From Candidatus Lustribacter sp. (GTDB taxonomy: Bacteria; Vulcanimicrobiota; Vulcanimicrobiia; Vulcanimicrobiales; Vulcanimicrobiaceae): a stretch of DNA of 64,000 nucleotides. Position 1 is the first letter of the stretch. Each line of letters opens with the position of its first letter. Location of the stretch: the NCBI GenBank assembly GCA_965277805.1, contig OZ255842.1, positions 2,848,001-2,912,000 on the forward strand. Direction: 5' to 3'. Below, piece after piece: positions 8,741-17,662 of this stretch. Position numbers and translations under genes: made by a program. The notes beneath the pieces are model-generated. The model was given only the letters and a program-made list of their open reading frames with translations. It was not told the DNA's origin and searched no databases.

Positions 8741-8925
8741 AGGGCATACCTTCGGGACGAGCGGGCGCTTGCGCCTGTCGCTCGTGTTGGGGGGCTGAGC
8801 GAAGGCTTCCGTGCGCGCCTGGCGAGCGAATTCTCATCGCGGCTTCAGTGATTCAAGTTCGTGCATGGAGTACGCTTCGTGGGTACTTGTCGTTCCGTCC
8901 AGTCCTATCGAAAGGGAACGAATCC

Positions 8926-9273
8926 ATGAACCTCCGCTCATTATTCACGCTCGGCGTCCTGACCGCGGCCCTCGGCGTCAACGCCGTTCCGGCATCGGCG
9001 CAAGCGAACGGCCCGGGCTACCGTCAATGGCAACCCGGTTGGGATCAAGGTCAGTTCGACCGCAATCACGTGATCGTCGGCACCGTCACGAATTTCCAGC
9101 CCTTCCGTCTGCAGATCGCGCGCCCCAACGGCACCGTTCAGACGATCGATCTCAAAAACGGCACGCGCATCTTCCCGCGCGGTCAAACGCCCTCGACGAA
9201 TCAGCGCGTCGCAGTCACCGGTTACTACAGCAACGGAACGTTCATCGCCGACCGCGTCATACTGCGCGACTGA
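8926..9273 (+). CDS. Small secreted protein, OB-fold/DUF5666-like
   Basis: AAAGGGA RBS; signal peptide ending ASA; IVGTV..IDLKNGTRI..VAVTGY..FIADRV. Confidence 0.75.
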   Translation: MNLRSLFTLGVLTAALGVNAVPASAQANGPGYRQWQPGWDQGQFDRNHVIVGTVTNFQPFRLQIARPNGTVQTIDLKNGTRIFPRGQTPSTNQRVAVTGYYSNGTFIADRVILRD

Positions 9274-9462
9274 GTAAACCATAAATGTGAGCGGGCCACT
9301 CTCAGAATGGCCTCAGCATGGTGCCCTCGTTATAAGCGGGGGTACCGTTCTGTTCCCGGAACGATTAGGCGACCACGTTACGTTATTCTTGCGGCTACCC
9401 GATTATAAAGAATGACCACCATCGGCATTATCCACGGGTACCGGACGCGAAAGGTATGAGTC

Positions 9463-9894
9463 ATGAGGATCCTTCGAATTTTTGCCGCCGCGCTCGGCAT
9501 TGCGGCATTCTCCGCACCGCTCGCAGCATTCGCGCAGGGAGCGCCCGCTGCGCCTCCGGCCGGGCCGCCGCCCTCGTACGCGCGCGAGCCCGCTAACGGT
9601 GAAGAGACGATCCATGGCCGGATCGACTCGTTCGATGGGAAGTACCACCTCAACGTGCACGACGATCGCGGCTTCGTCGACAGCGTCGACATGCATCAGG
9701 GCACGGTCATCAATCCGACCGGCCTCTCGCTGCAACCCGGCATGGCCGTGACGATCATGGGCTACAACCGCGGCCGCTCGTTTGCGGCAAACGAAATCGA
9801 CACGCCGTACGCATCGTACGGGTTCGTTCCCGCGTATCCGTATCCGGTCTCGGTCGGAATCGGCTTCGGACCGGTGATCTATCATCGCTGGTAA
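9463..9894 (+). CDS. Small secreted protein, OB-fold/DUF5666-like
   Basis: Signal peptide ending AFA; IHGRI..VDMHQGTVI..VTIMGY..FAANEI. Confidence 0.75.
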   Translation: MRILRIFAAALGIAAFSAPLAAFAQGAPAAPPAGPPPSYAREPANGEETIHGRIDSFDGKYHLNVHDDRGFVDSVDMHQGTVINPTGLSLQPGMAVTIMGYNRGRSFAANEIDTPYASYGFVPAYPYPVSVGIGFGPVIYHRW

Positions 9895-11683
9895 GTTCGC
9901 GCCCGCCGCGGCAGCGCTCGTCGTAACGTCGTTACTCCTGGCCGCTTGCGGCGGCGGCGGTGGCGGCGGATCCACTCCTGGCGTAATCCCGACGGCGACG
10001 CCCACCGTGACGCCTTCACCGCGCGCGAGCGCCACGCTGAACCCGCAATCATTTATTTGCCCGGCAACCGGTGCGCTGAACTCGGTCGCACGGCTCGGAT
10101 CTGAGTCCGTTTCGACGGACGCGGTGCGCCGTCACGTCAGCAAGCCGTCGTTTCACACCACGGCGTCCGGCACGACGTTCCTGGCGGTGAACTACAGTCG
10201 TTCGACGCTGGCATCCAACGCGCGGCAAGTTGCCGGACGCGAGCAGGCCGCCGGTGCGAACCTCGTCCAGACGTTCGACTATCCGTCGAGCAACGTAACG
10301 CAACACATCATCGCAGTTCCGACCGCCAACGTGGCGCAAGTGAAGGCGAGTCTCCAAACGCAGGCCGGCGTCCAAAGCGTGGGCGTTACCGGCGGACGCC
10401 GTTTTCATATGACGACGACCCCGGTCTACACCGCCGACCCATATTTCACCGGGTTCCAGCCGAACAATTTCGAGACGCTCCCCTTTGCGGAGAGCGCAAC
10501 GGTTCCCGGGCAGTGGGATATGCACGTGATCGGGCTCGAGCACGCGTACGGGTACAGTCAAGCCGGCCCGAACTACACACTCAGTCCTGCAGCCTTGGGT
10601 TCGTCATCCGTAAAAATCGCAATAATCGATACCGGCGAAGACGCGAATCACCCCGAGCTTGCCAATAAGATCAAGAACCAAGAGTGCTTCATCACGAACG
10701 ACGCGGGCACGTCGCAGTCGACCGGCAATTTTGCGACCGACGCGGACGGTCACGGGACCGACGTTGCCGGCATCGCGGCAGCGGATTCGGGCAATGCGCT
10801 CGGCTTCACGGGTGCCGGCGGCAGAGCGGTAATCTACGCCTACCGTGTCTTTCCGACCCCGGACGATACCTGCCTTTCGGATACCGGTGGCGACGATACG
10901 TGCTCGGCGGGGACGACCGACATCGCTGACGCGATCAACGACGCCGTGAGCCGTGGCGTCAACGTCATATCGATGAGCATAGGAGGCGGTTCGTGTAACA
11001 ACGGGGTCGACGACGACTCCGTCGAGGGCCAAGCCGTCAACAATGCGATTACGCACAACATCATTGTCGTCGCCGCAGCCGGCAATGATAACAACGGAAG
11101 TCCCGGTCTCAGCGCACCGGGTTGCGACAACGGCGTGATTGCCGTCGGCGCAACCGCCATCGCCGATGGTCAGGCCGTTGGTTCGACCGGCGACTTCACG
11201 AGTACGACCGCCGTTAACGCGACCGCAGCGAACCCCGTCGAATACGTTGCATCATACTCGCAGTTCGGCAGTCCCGGCGCGAGCGTCCATAACGCAAGTG
11301 CCTGGGGCATCGTTGCACCCGGCGGCGATCCGACGGGTTCTGGCTTGACCAGCAACGACAGCGACAACTTACACTGGATCGAGAACATCTGGACGACGAC
11401 GCCGCTCGATGCCAACTTTCAGGGCACCTGCACGTCGGACTTGAACACTAGTTCGGTCGCAGATTGCCGCACCTTGATAGCTGGTACGTCAATGTCCACC
11501 CCGCATGTGGCCGGAGCAGCCGCGCTGATTCTTGCCGTCAAGCCGTCGTACCAAAGCCCGGCTATGATGAAACAGTTGCTCTGCTCCACCGCGGACGACA
11601 TCTTCGATACGCACGAGGGCTGTGGGCGGCTCAACGTTTACCGTGCGATGGCGGTCGCGGTGGGCGATACCAACCCACCGTAG
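9881..11683 (+). CDS. S8 family (subtilisin-like) serine peptidase, lipoprotein
   Basis: IIDTG, HGTDVAG, AAAGND, GTSMSTPHVAG; in-frame lipobox LLAAC-GGGGGGG upstream of the first canonical start (GTG 10007); start uncertain. Confidence 0.9.
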   Translation: MIAGKFAPAAAALVVTSLLLAACGGGGGGGSTPGVIPTATPTVTPSPRASATLNPQSFICPATGALNSVARLGSESVSTDAVRRHVSKPSFHTTASGTTFLAVNYSRSTLASNARQVAGREQAAGANLVQTFDYPSSNVTQHIIAVPTANVAQVKASLQTQAGVQSVGVTGGRRFHMTTTPVYTADPYFTGFQPNNFETLPFAESATVPGQWDMHVIGLEHAYGYSQAGPNYTLSPAALGSSSVKIAIIDTGEDANHPELANKIKNQECFITNDAGTSQSTGNFATDADGHGTDVAGIAAADSGNALGFTGAGGRAVIYAYRVFPTPDDTCLSDTGGDDTCSAGTTDIADAINDAVSRGVNVISMSIGGGSCNNGVDDDSVEGQAVNNAITHNIIVVAAAGNDNNGSPGLSAPGCDNGVIAVGATAIADGQAVGSTGDFTSTTAVNATAANPVEYVASYSQFGSPGASVHNASAWGIVAPGGDPTGSGLTSNDSDNLHWIENIWTTTPLDANFQGTCTSDLNTSSVADCRTLIAGTSMSTPHVAGAAALILAVKPSYQSPAMMKQLLCSTADDIFDTHEGCGRLNVYRAMAVAVGDTNPP

Positions 11684-11750
11684 CCACCTCTTTGCGGGCA
11701 TTCGAACGGGGTCAAGAGGCGGAATCAGCCGGGAGAGCAATTCTATCGAG

Positions 11751-11924
11751 ATGACGAAAAAAGCCACCGGCGCCGCCTCGCCGGCCCGCATCGCCGAAGC
11801 CTTGGTCAAAGCCAAGGCGCGCGCGAAAGCCGAACGTGATGCCGAAGCCGAGTCCAGCCGGGTGCGGGATATGTTCGAAAAAGACCGCGCGGCGTTTGCT
11901 CGCCGTTACGGTGCCCTCCGCTAG
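11751..11924 (+). CDS. Small helical hypothetical protein (57 aa)
   Basis: MTKKATG..RRYGALR; typical codon usage; fills the intergenic space. Confidence 0.5.
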   Translation: MTKKATGAASPARIAEALVKAKARAKAERDAEAESSRVRDMFEKDRAAFARRYGALR

Positions 11925-11967
11925 ATCGGCCGTCGTAGCGCCTGTCGTGGTATAGAAGGAACCGTCG

Positions 11968-12147
11968 ATGACCTTCCTCGACCCACTCGCCAGCGTACTG
12001 TTCGCCCTCCGGTTCAGCCTCGATCAATACACGGACTGGTACAACTCGCCGAACGCGGCACTGTTGTTCTGGTCCGTTTTTACTGCCGTCGTTCTCCTGA
12101 TTATCGCCGTTACGATGTGGGCGTTCCGGCGAATGCGTCCGCACTAA
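11968..12147 (+). CDS. Small membrane protein (59 aa, below ORF-track cutoff)
   Basis: AGAAGGA RBS; MTFLDPLASVLFALRFSLDQYTDWYNSPNAALLFWSVFTAVVLLIIAVTMWAFRRMRPH, with a TM helix followed by basic residues. Confidence 0.6.
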   Translation: MTFLDPLASVLFALRFSLDQYTDWYNSPNAALLFWSVFTAVVLLIIAVTMWAFRRMRPH

Positions 12148-13210
12148 CAGAGCCAAGCCGCCCCAGGGCCGGGATCACTTCGCGGCCGAAGAGTTCGAGC
12201 GAGCGTAGGGCTTCGGCTTGCGGGAGCAGATGAAAGTTCACTTGCAGTGACGCGTGCTCGAAGCCGCCGATGCGCTCATTCAGCGCGATGAGCGATTCAC
12301 GTGCCTCGGCCGGCGTTCCGATCAGCGCGCTGCCGCTGGCGATCAGCGACTCCATCGTCTGCTGGCTCAGGCGCTCGTACTTCTTGTCGTAGTCCTTGTA
12401 GTCGGCCGACGACGTACCGGTCGTCCAGTCGTTGGCAGCTTCCAATAACGAACGGAAGTAGGCATCGATCTGCGGCCGCGCGATGCGCCGCGCGCGCTCG
12501 CCGTCTTCATCGACGAACATGTGCAGCGCCAGCATCACCTCGCCATTACCGGGATGGCCGGCCGCGCGGTACGCGTCGCGATAGGCAAAGAGCGTTTCGC
12601 GCAATTTCTCCGCCGCCATCGGAATCGCCATGATCGAGTAACCCATGCGGCCGGCATACTCGAACGACTCGCGCGTGAACGTTGCCGCGACGTAGAATTT
12701 GGGGCGCGGCTTTTGCGTCGGGCGCGGCAGCGACGTCACGTTGTCGAAGGAATGGAATGTGCCGTGATGCGTCACGTTTTCTTCGCGCAACAGCAGATCG
12801 ATCTGCTCGATGCCTTCGCGATAGCGCGCGACCGATTCGTCGGGCGAGACGCCGAACGTGCGAAACTCGTGCGGTAGGAACGCGCGCGCGAAGCCGATGT
12901 CGACGCGGCCGTTGCTGATGCCGTCGAGCTCCGCAATTTCGGCCGCCAACTTGAGCGGGTTGTTGAACGCCGGAATGCACGCCCCGGTCACGAGCCGCGC
13001 GGTCTTCGTCCGCTCCGCGGCCGCGGCGAGAAACAGCAACGGGTTCGGGCTATAGCCGCCGTAATAATGAAAGTAGTGCTCGACCGTGCGGATGTGCGTG
13101 TAGCCGAGCGGCTCCGCGCGTTCGACGATCTCGAGGCAGTTGCGGTAGTACTCCGCCGGCGACTTGTCCTCGGGCCGCACGTCGGGGAAGAATTGGACGC
13201 CGAATTCCAT
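12110..13210 (-). CDS. LLM class flavin-dependent oxidoreductase
   Basis: EH motif, NPLKLAAEIAELDGISNGRVDIGF, PRPTQKPRP. Confidence 0.9.
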   Translation of the reverse strand: MEFGVQFFPDVRPEDKSPAEYYRNCLEIVERAEPLGYTHIRTVEHYFHYYGGYSPNPLLFLAAAAERTKTARLVTGACIPAFNNPLKLAAEIAELDGISNGRVDIGFARAFLPHEFRTFGVSPDESVARYREGIEQIDLLLREENVTHHGTFHSFDNVTSLPRPTQKPRPKFYVAATFTRESFEYAGRMGYSIMAIPMAAEKLRETLFAYRDAYRAAGHPGNGEVMLALHMFVDEDGERARRIARPQIDAYFRSLLEAANDWTTGTSSADYKDYDKKYERLSQQTMESLIASGSALIGTPAEARESLIALNERIGGFEHASLQVNFHLLPQAEALRSLELFGREVIPALGRLGSVSADAFAGTPTS

Positions 13211-13301
13211 CGGGTCTCGTTTTCTTCTAACAACTCGTTATAACCCTGAGCTTGACGAAGGGGACGAATGGGGGCCCCGCGCGGGCGCCGAATCTCAGGC
13301 C

Positions 13302-14312
13302 ATGATCGAGACGTCCGTAAAACTGACCGATGACGAGCGCCGGGCTGCTTGGGACGCAGCGGCAGTCTCCCCGTTATGGGAGAACCGCATGGCGCACGGC
13401 GGCGCCCCGCCGCCCGACCGCCCGCAACTGTGGGCGTGGCAGGCGATGAAGCCCCTCATCGAAGACGCGGCCGCCTTGAACTCGACGGCCGTTGTCGAGC
13501 GGCGCGTGCTCTCGCTCATGCACGCCAACCCCCATGCGCTCGGCTTCCCCTTCACGATCACGAACCTGAACGCCGGCTATCAGATCCTCTTGCCCGGCGA
13601 GTCGGCGCGGCCGCACAGGCACTCGATGAACGCCCTGCGGTTCGTGCTCGACGGCAACGGCGCTAACACCGTCGTCGACGGGAAGGCGTGCCCGATGTTC
13701 GAGGGCGACCTGATCCTCACGCCGGGCTGGACCTGGCACGAGCACGTTCACCCCGGCCAAGACAAGATCGTCTGGCTCGACGTCCTCGATGCCTCGCTCC
13801 ACCGCTATCTCGGCACGGATGCCTTCGAGCCCGGTCCGGTGCACGATCTGCCGCCGACCACCCCCGATGCCTCCTTCGCCTTTGCCAACCTGCTGCCGGA
13901 GATCCCCGAGACGGCCGCCTACAGCCCGGTTTTCCGCTACCCCTGGGCCGCGGCCGCGGCCGCAGTCGCTGCCGCCCCGCGCGGGGCCGACGGCGCCCGC
14001 CGCCTGCGGTACGTCAACCCGGTGACCGGCGGCGCCACCATGACGCTGCTTGACTGCACGCTGATGGAGATCGAGGCCGGCGGCGAGACGGCGCCCTTCT
14101 ACACCTCGAGCCATTCGGTGGTAACCGTGGTCGAAGGCTCCGGCAGCACGACGTCCGACGGCGCCACGATCGACTGGGAAGCGAAGGACGTCTTCTCGCT
14201 ACCGAGCCGGCAGTGGGTGACCCACCGTGCCAACGAGCGGACGCGCCTCTTCTTCACGACCGACCGCGAAGTGCTGCGCCGCCTCGATTTGCTCGAAGAG
14301 AAGTTCCGCTAA
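13302..14312 (+). CDS. Gentisate 1,2-dioxygenase-like bicupin
   Basis: ERRVLSL, LLPGESARPHRHSMNALRF, TPGWTWHEH, YVNPVTGG. Confidence 0.85.
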   Translation: MIETSVKLTDDERRAAWDAAAVSPLWENRMAHGGAPPPDRPQLWAWQAMKPLIEDAAALNSTAVVERRVLSLMHANPHALGFPFTITNLNAGYQILLPGESARPHRHSMNALRFVLDGNGANTVVDGKACPMFEGDLILTPGWTWHEHVHPGQDKIVWLDVLDASLHRYLGTDAFEPGPVHDLPPTTPDASFAFANLLPEIPETAAYSPVFRYPWAAAAAAVAAAPRGADGARRLRYVNPVTGGATMTLLDCTLMEIEAGGETAPFYTSSHSVVTVVEGSGSTTSDGATIDWEAKDVFSLPSRQWVTHRANERTRLFFTTDREVLRRLDLLEEKFR

Positions 14313-15157
14313 GCGGTAACGGGCGCGTCGGCGACGACAGGGATCGACATCTCGCCGACTTTCTCGATCGCGATGCGCACCGTGTCGCCGGGAACGATCG
14401 GGCCCACGCCCGACATCGTGCCGCTCGCGATGATGTCGCCGGGCTGCAGCGTCGTCACCGACGAGCAGAGCACGACGGCTTCGGAGATGCCGACGACCAT
14501 ATCGTTCACCGGCGCTTCTTGTTTGAGCTTGCCGTTGACCCACAGCCGTAACACGATGTCGTCGGTCGCGCCGACTTCATCGGCGGTGGTGATCCATGGT
14601 CCGACGGGACAGAACGTATCGAACGACTTGCGCATCACGCGCTCTTCTTTGCCGCGCATCGTGACGTCGATCAGACACGCGTAACCGAAGATATACTCGC
14701 GCGCGTTTTCGAGCGCGATCTTGTGGCCCGACTTGCCGATGATGATCGCGAGTTCGCATTCGTGATGAAAGTTGCGACCGGGACGATCGGGGATCGCGAT
14801 CGGTTCGGCGGGCCCGCTCAACGCGCCGTTGGACTTCATGAAGAAGCCTTCGCTGCCGGGGACGCTCGGATCGCCGCCCATTTCGGCCGTATGCGCGCGG
14901 AAGTTATTCGGCAGCGCCAGCAGCTTATGCGGCCACGGAATCGGCGTTTCCAGCGTCACGCCGGACAGCGGCAAACCGACTGAGAGTGCGAGGACGCGCT
15001 CGATACCGGGCACTAATTCGTCGAATGCCGCGATCGTTGTGATCATGCCCATCGGCGGCCATTCGGCCGGATCGACACCGCAAGCATCGCTGACGTCGTG
15101 GATCCGATCGCCGATCACGACACCGATGCGGCCACCGTCAAAGCGCGCGATTTTCAT
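14309..15157 (-). CDS. Fumarylacetoacetate hydrolase family protein
   Basis: FMK, HHECELAIIIG, DVT.R, KSFDTFCPVGP, LQPGDIIASGT. Confidence 0.9.
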   Translation of the reverse strand: MKIARFDGGRIGVVIGDRIHDVSDACGVDPAEWPPMGMITTIAAFDELVPGIERVLALSVGLPLSGVTLETPIPWPHKLLALPNNFRAHTAEMGGDPSVPGSEGFFMKSNGALSGPAEPIAIPDRPGRNFHHECELAIIIGKSGHKIALENAREYIFGYACLIDVTMRGKEERVMRKSFDTFCPVGPWITTADEVGATDDIVLRLWVNGKLKQEAPVNDMVVGISEAVVLCSSVTTLQPGDIIASGTMSGVGPIVPGDTVRIAIEKVGEMSIPVVADAPVTA

Positions 15158-15235
15158 TCATCGCGCCTACGACGGCGGCGTCACGCATCCTCGCATAACG
15201 GGGGATGCTGAAAGAACAACAATAATATTCCATCC

Positions 15236-16015
15236 GTGCAGACTTCCGGCCGAAACGATCTCCGGCGCCTCGTCGGCAAGACGGCGCTCATCACCGGTAC
15301 CGCAGGCGGGCAAGGCCGCGCGGCCGCCATACTGTTTTCCGCACATGGCGCAACGGTCGTCGGCTGCGATCTCAACGTCGAAGGCGCACTCGAGACCGAG
15401 CGCATGGTGCGCGATGCCGGCGGCACGATGTATTCACAGCAACCGGTCGATATGAGCGACCGGACGCAAGTCGAGGCGTGGATCGCATGGGCCGCGCAAA
15501 CCTGCGACGGTTTCGACATCCTTTACAACAACGCGTCGGCTCCGAAGATGAATCCGTTTGCGAAGCTCACTCCGGATGAGTGGAACTTCACGCTGCGCAA
15601 CGAGCTCGACATCGTCTACCACGCCTGTCAGGTCGCGTGGCCCTATCTGCTCGCGCGCCGCGGCAACATCATCAACACGGCCTCGGCGATGGCGCTCGTG
15701 ACGCGCGGCGAAGGTTATAGCGCGCACGTCGCCGCGAAGGCCGGCGTCATCGCTCTTACTCGGCAGCTCGCCTATGAGGGCGGCCCGCACGGCGTTCGAG
15801 TGAACGCTCTCTCGCCAGGGCTGGTCGAAACGCCGATCACTATGCGTTGGCTCCACGACCCCGTCAAACGGCGAGAGCGCGAGAAGTGGTATCCGATCGG
15901 ACGCCTCGGCAAGCCCGAAGATGTTGCTTATGCGGCGCTCTACCTCGCTTCCGACGAAGCCTCGTGGGTCACCGGCTCAAACATCGTCATCGACGGCGGC
16001 ACCAGCACTATTTAG
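15236..16015 (+). CDS. SDR family oxidoreductase
   Basis: TGTAGGQG, NNAS, HxxxK in place of YxxxK, VTGSNIVIDGG. Confidence 0.9.
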   Translation: MQTSGRNDLRRLVGKTALITGTAGGQGRAAAILFSAHGATVVGCDLNVEGALETERMVRDAGGTMYSQQPVDMSDRTQVEAWIAWAAQTCDGFDILYNNASAPKMNPFAKLTPDEWNFTLRNELDIVYHACQVAWPYLLARRGNIINTASAMALVTRGEGYSAHVAAKAGVIALTRQLAYEGGPHGVRVNALSPGLVETPITMRWLHDPVKRREREKWYPIGRLGKPEDVAYAALYLASDEASWVTGSNIVIDGGTSTI

Positions 16016-16166
16016 GAACCGTTCTCCGAAGCGGTATGGGTCGCCGCCTCCTAGGCGTTATCAACATAGAGGGCTAGCCGCTCGTTTCCTTAGGCGGTTG
16101 TCGAATGCGCTAAGTCTCCTCGCCCTGTAACTTTAATGGCGACCCATTCGAGGGAGGGATAGTTTT

Positions 16167-17600
16167 TTGTTGACGTTATTGGGCGACGTAACGCAGATCG
16201 CTGCTGCGACACCGCCGCCGACCCCCGCACCGACATTGATCCCGGATCCACCGTGGCTCAATGCGGGCGACACTTCATGGCAACTCACGGCCGGCACGTT
16301 CGTCGGCCTTCAGAGCATTCCGGGCCTGGCAATTCTCTACGCCGGTCTGGTCAAGAAAAAGTGGGCGCTCAACTCGGCCGTGATGTGCTTCTATGCCTTC
16401 TCGATCGTGTTGATCACCTGGTCGCTTTGGGGCTACAACAGCTCCTTCGGCACACAGTGGTTGACGCTGGCCGGTAACGGCTTTTTAGGCTTCCCGTCGC
16501 CCGCCGTCGGCGCGGCGCAAGAGATCGGTCAAGCGGTAATTCCCGCGGCCGCAGCCGCGTTGCCGCCGCTGCGTTTTGCCGGCTCCGCGATGATCTACTT
16601 CCAGTTCGTGTTCGCCGCGATCACGCCGCTGCTGATCGCGGGTGCGGTGCTCGGCCGCATGAACTTCAAAGCGTGGATGATCTTCGTTCCGATTTGGAGC
16701 ACGATCGTCTACTCGGTCGGCGCGTTTAGCCTCTGGGGCGGCGGCTGGCTCTCGCAACTTGGTGCCGCTGACTACTCAGGTGGTTACGTCATCCATTTGG
16801 CGGCTGGTATTTCCGGTTTCGTTACGGCCGCAATGGTCGGTCCCCGACTGCTCGCCGACCGCAAGGACTTCGAGCCGAACAACTTGATCATCGCTCTCGC
16901 CGGTGCCGGTATTCTCTGGCTCGGTTGGAACGGGTTCAACGGCGGTGACCCGTACTTCGCCAACCACGACGCGGCCGCAGCCGTACTGAACACCAACATC
17001 ACGACGGCGGTATCGCTGCTCGTGTGGCTGATCCTCGATATGTTCGCGACCGGTAAGGTCAACGCGGTATCGATGATCAACGGTATGATCGTCGGCCTCG
17101 TCGCAATCACGCCGGCCGCCGGTTTTGTGAACGGTTTCGGCGCGATGGGCATCGGCCTCGTCGCCGGTATCATCGTCTGGTTCTCGCTCAACAAACTCAA
17201 CAACACCGCACTGCTGCAGCGAGTCGACGATACGTTCGGCGTACTGCATACGCACGGTGTCGCCGGTCTCATCGGCGGTTTGATGGTCGGCGTGGTTGCC
17301 GATCCGAACATGATCGAGTACTACAGCGCTCCCGGTACTCCGAATCCGAAGTGGGATCCCACGTCCGCTCCGGCCTTCTCGATCGAAGGCCTGCTGGCTC
17401 ACGGAAACCCGCACCAGTTGATCTTGCAAGCCGAAGCTGCGGCGTTCATCATCATCTGGAACATCATCGCGACGTTTGTCATCCTCAAGATCATTTCGTT
17501 CTTCATCCCGCTTCGTGCGAGCGACGGCGATGTCGAAGGCGGCGATCTTGCGATCCACGGTATGGATCCGATCCCGGGATACACGCAAACGCCCGCCTAA
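16167..17600 (+). CDS. amtB: Ammonium transporter
   Basis: FQFVFAAIT, DYSGGYVIH, WLGWNGFNGG, GLVAITPAAG, DDTFGVLHTHG. Confidence 0.95.
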   Translation: MLTLLGDVTQIAAATPPPTPAPTLIPDPPWLNAGDTSWQLTAGTFVGLQSIPGLAILYAGLVKKKWALNSAVMCFYAFSIVLITWSLWGYNSSFGTQWLTLAGNGFLGFPSPAVGAAQEIGQAVIPAAAAALPPLRFAGSAMIYFQFVFAAITPLLIAGAVLGRMNFKAWMIFVPIWSTIVYSVGAFSLWGGGWLSQLGAADYSGGYVIHLAAGISGFVTAAMVGPRLLADRKDFEPNNLIIALAGAGILWLGWNGFNGGDPYFANHDAAAAVLNTNITTAVSLLVWLILDMFATGKVNAVSMINGMIVGLVAITPAAGFVNGFGAMGIGLVAGIIVWFSLNKLNNTALLQRVDDTFGVLHTHGVAGLIGGLMVGVVADPNMIEYYSAPGTPNPKWDPTSAPAFSIEGLLAHGNPHQLILQAEAAAFIIIWNIIATFVILKIISFFIPLRASDGDVEGGDLAIHGMDPIPGYTQTPA

Positions 17601-17620
17601 CAAGAGCTGCCTCCAACAGC

Positions 17621-17662
17621 AGAGCCGCCGGATCTTCCGGCGGCTCTTTTTTTTCTTTTTTT
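17621..17662 (+). terminator. Intrinsic terminator after amtB
   Basis: AGAGCCGCCGGA-TCT-TCCGGCGGCTCT 12-bp stem followed by a long T tract. Confidence 0.9.

Noticed and set aside
9949..9970. (GGC)n microsatellite as a phase-variation site
   Set aside because: In-frame poly-Gly linker after a lipobox; a common feature
16038..16146. tRNA-like closing stem GGGTCGCC/GGCGACCC-A
   Set aside because: No T-loop, D-loop or CCA; kept only as a candidate leader structure
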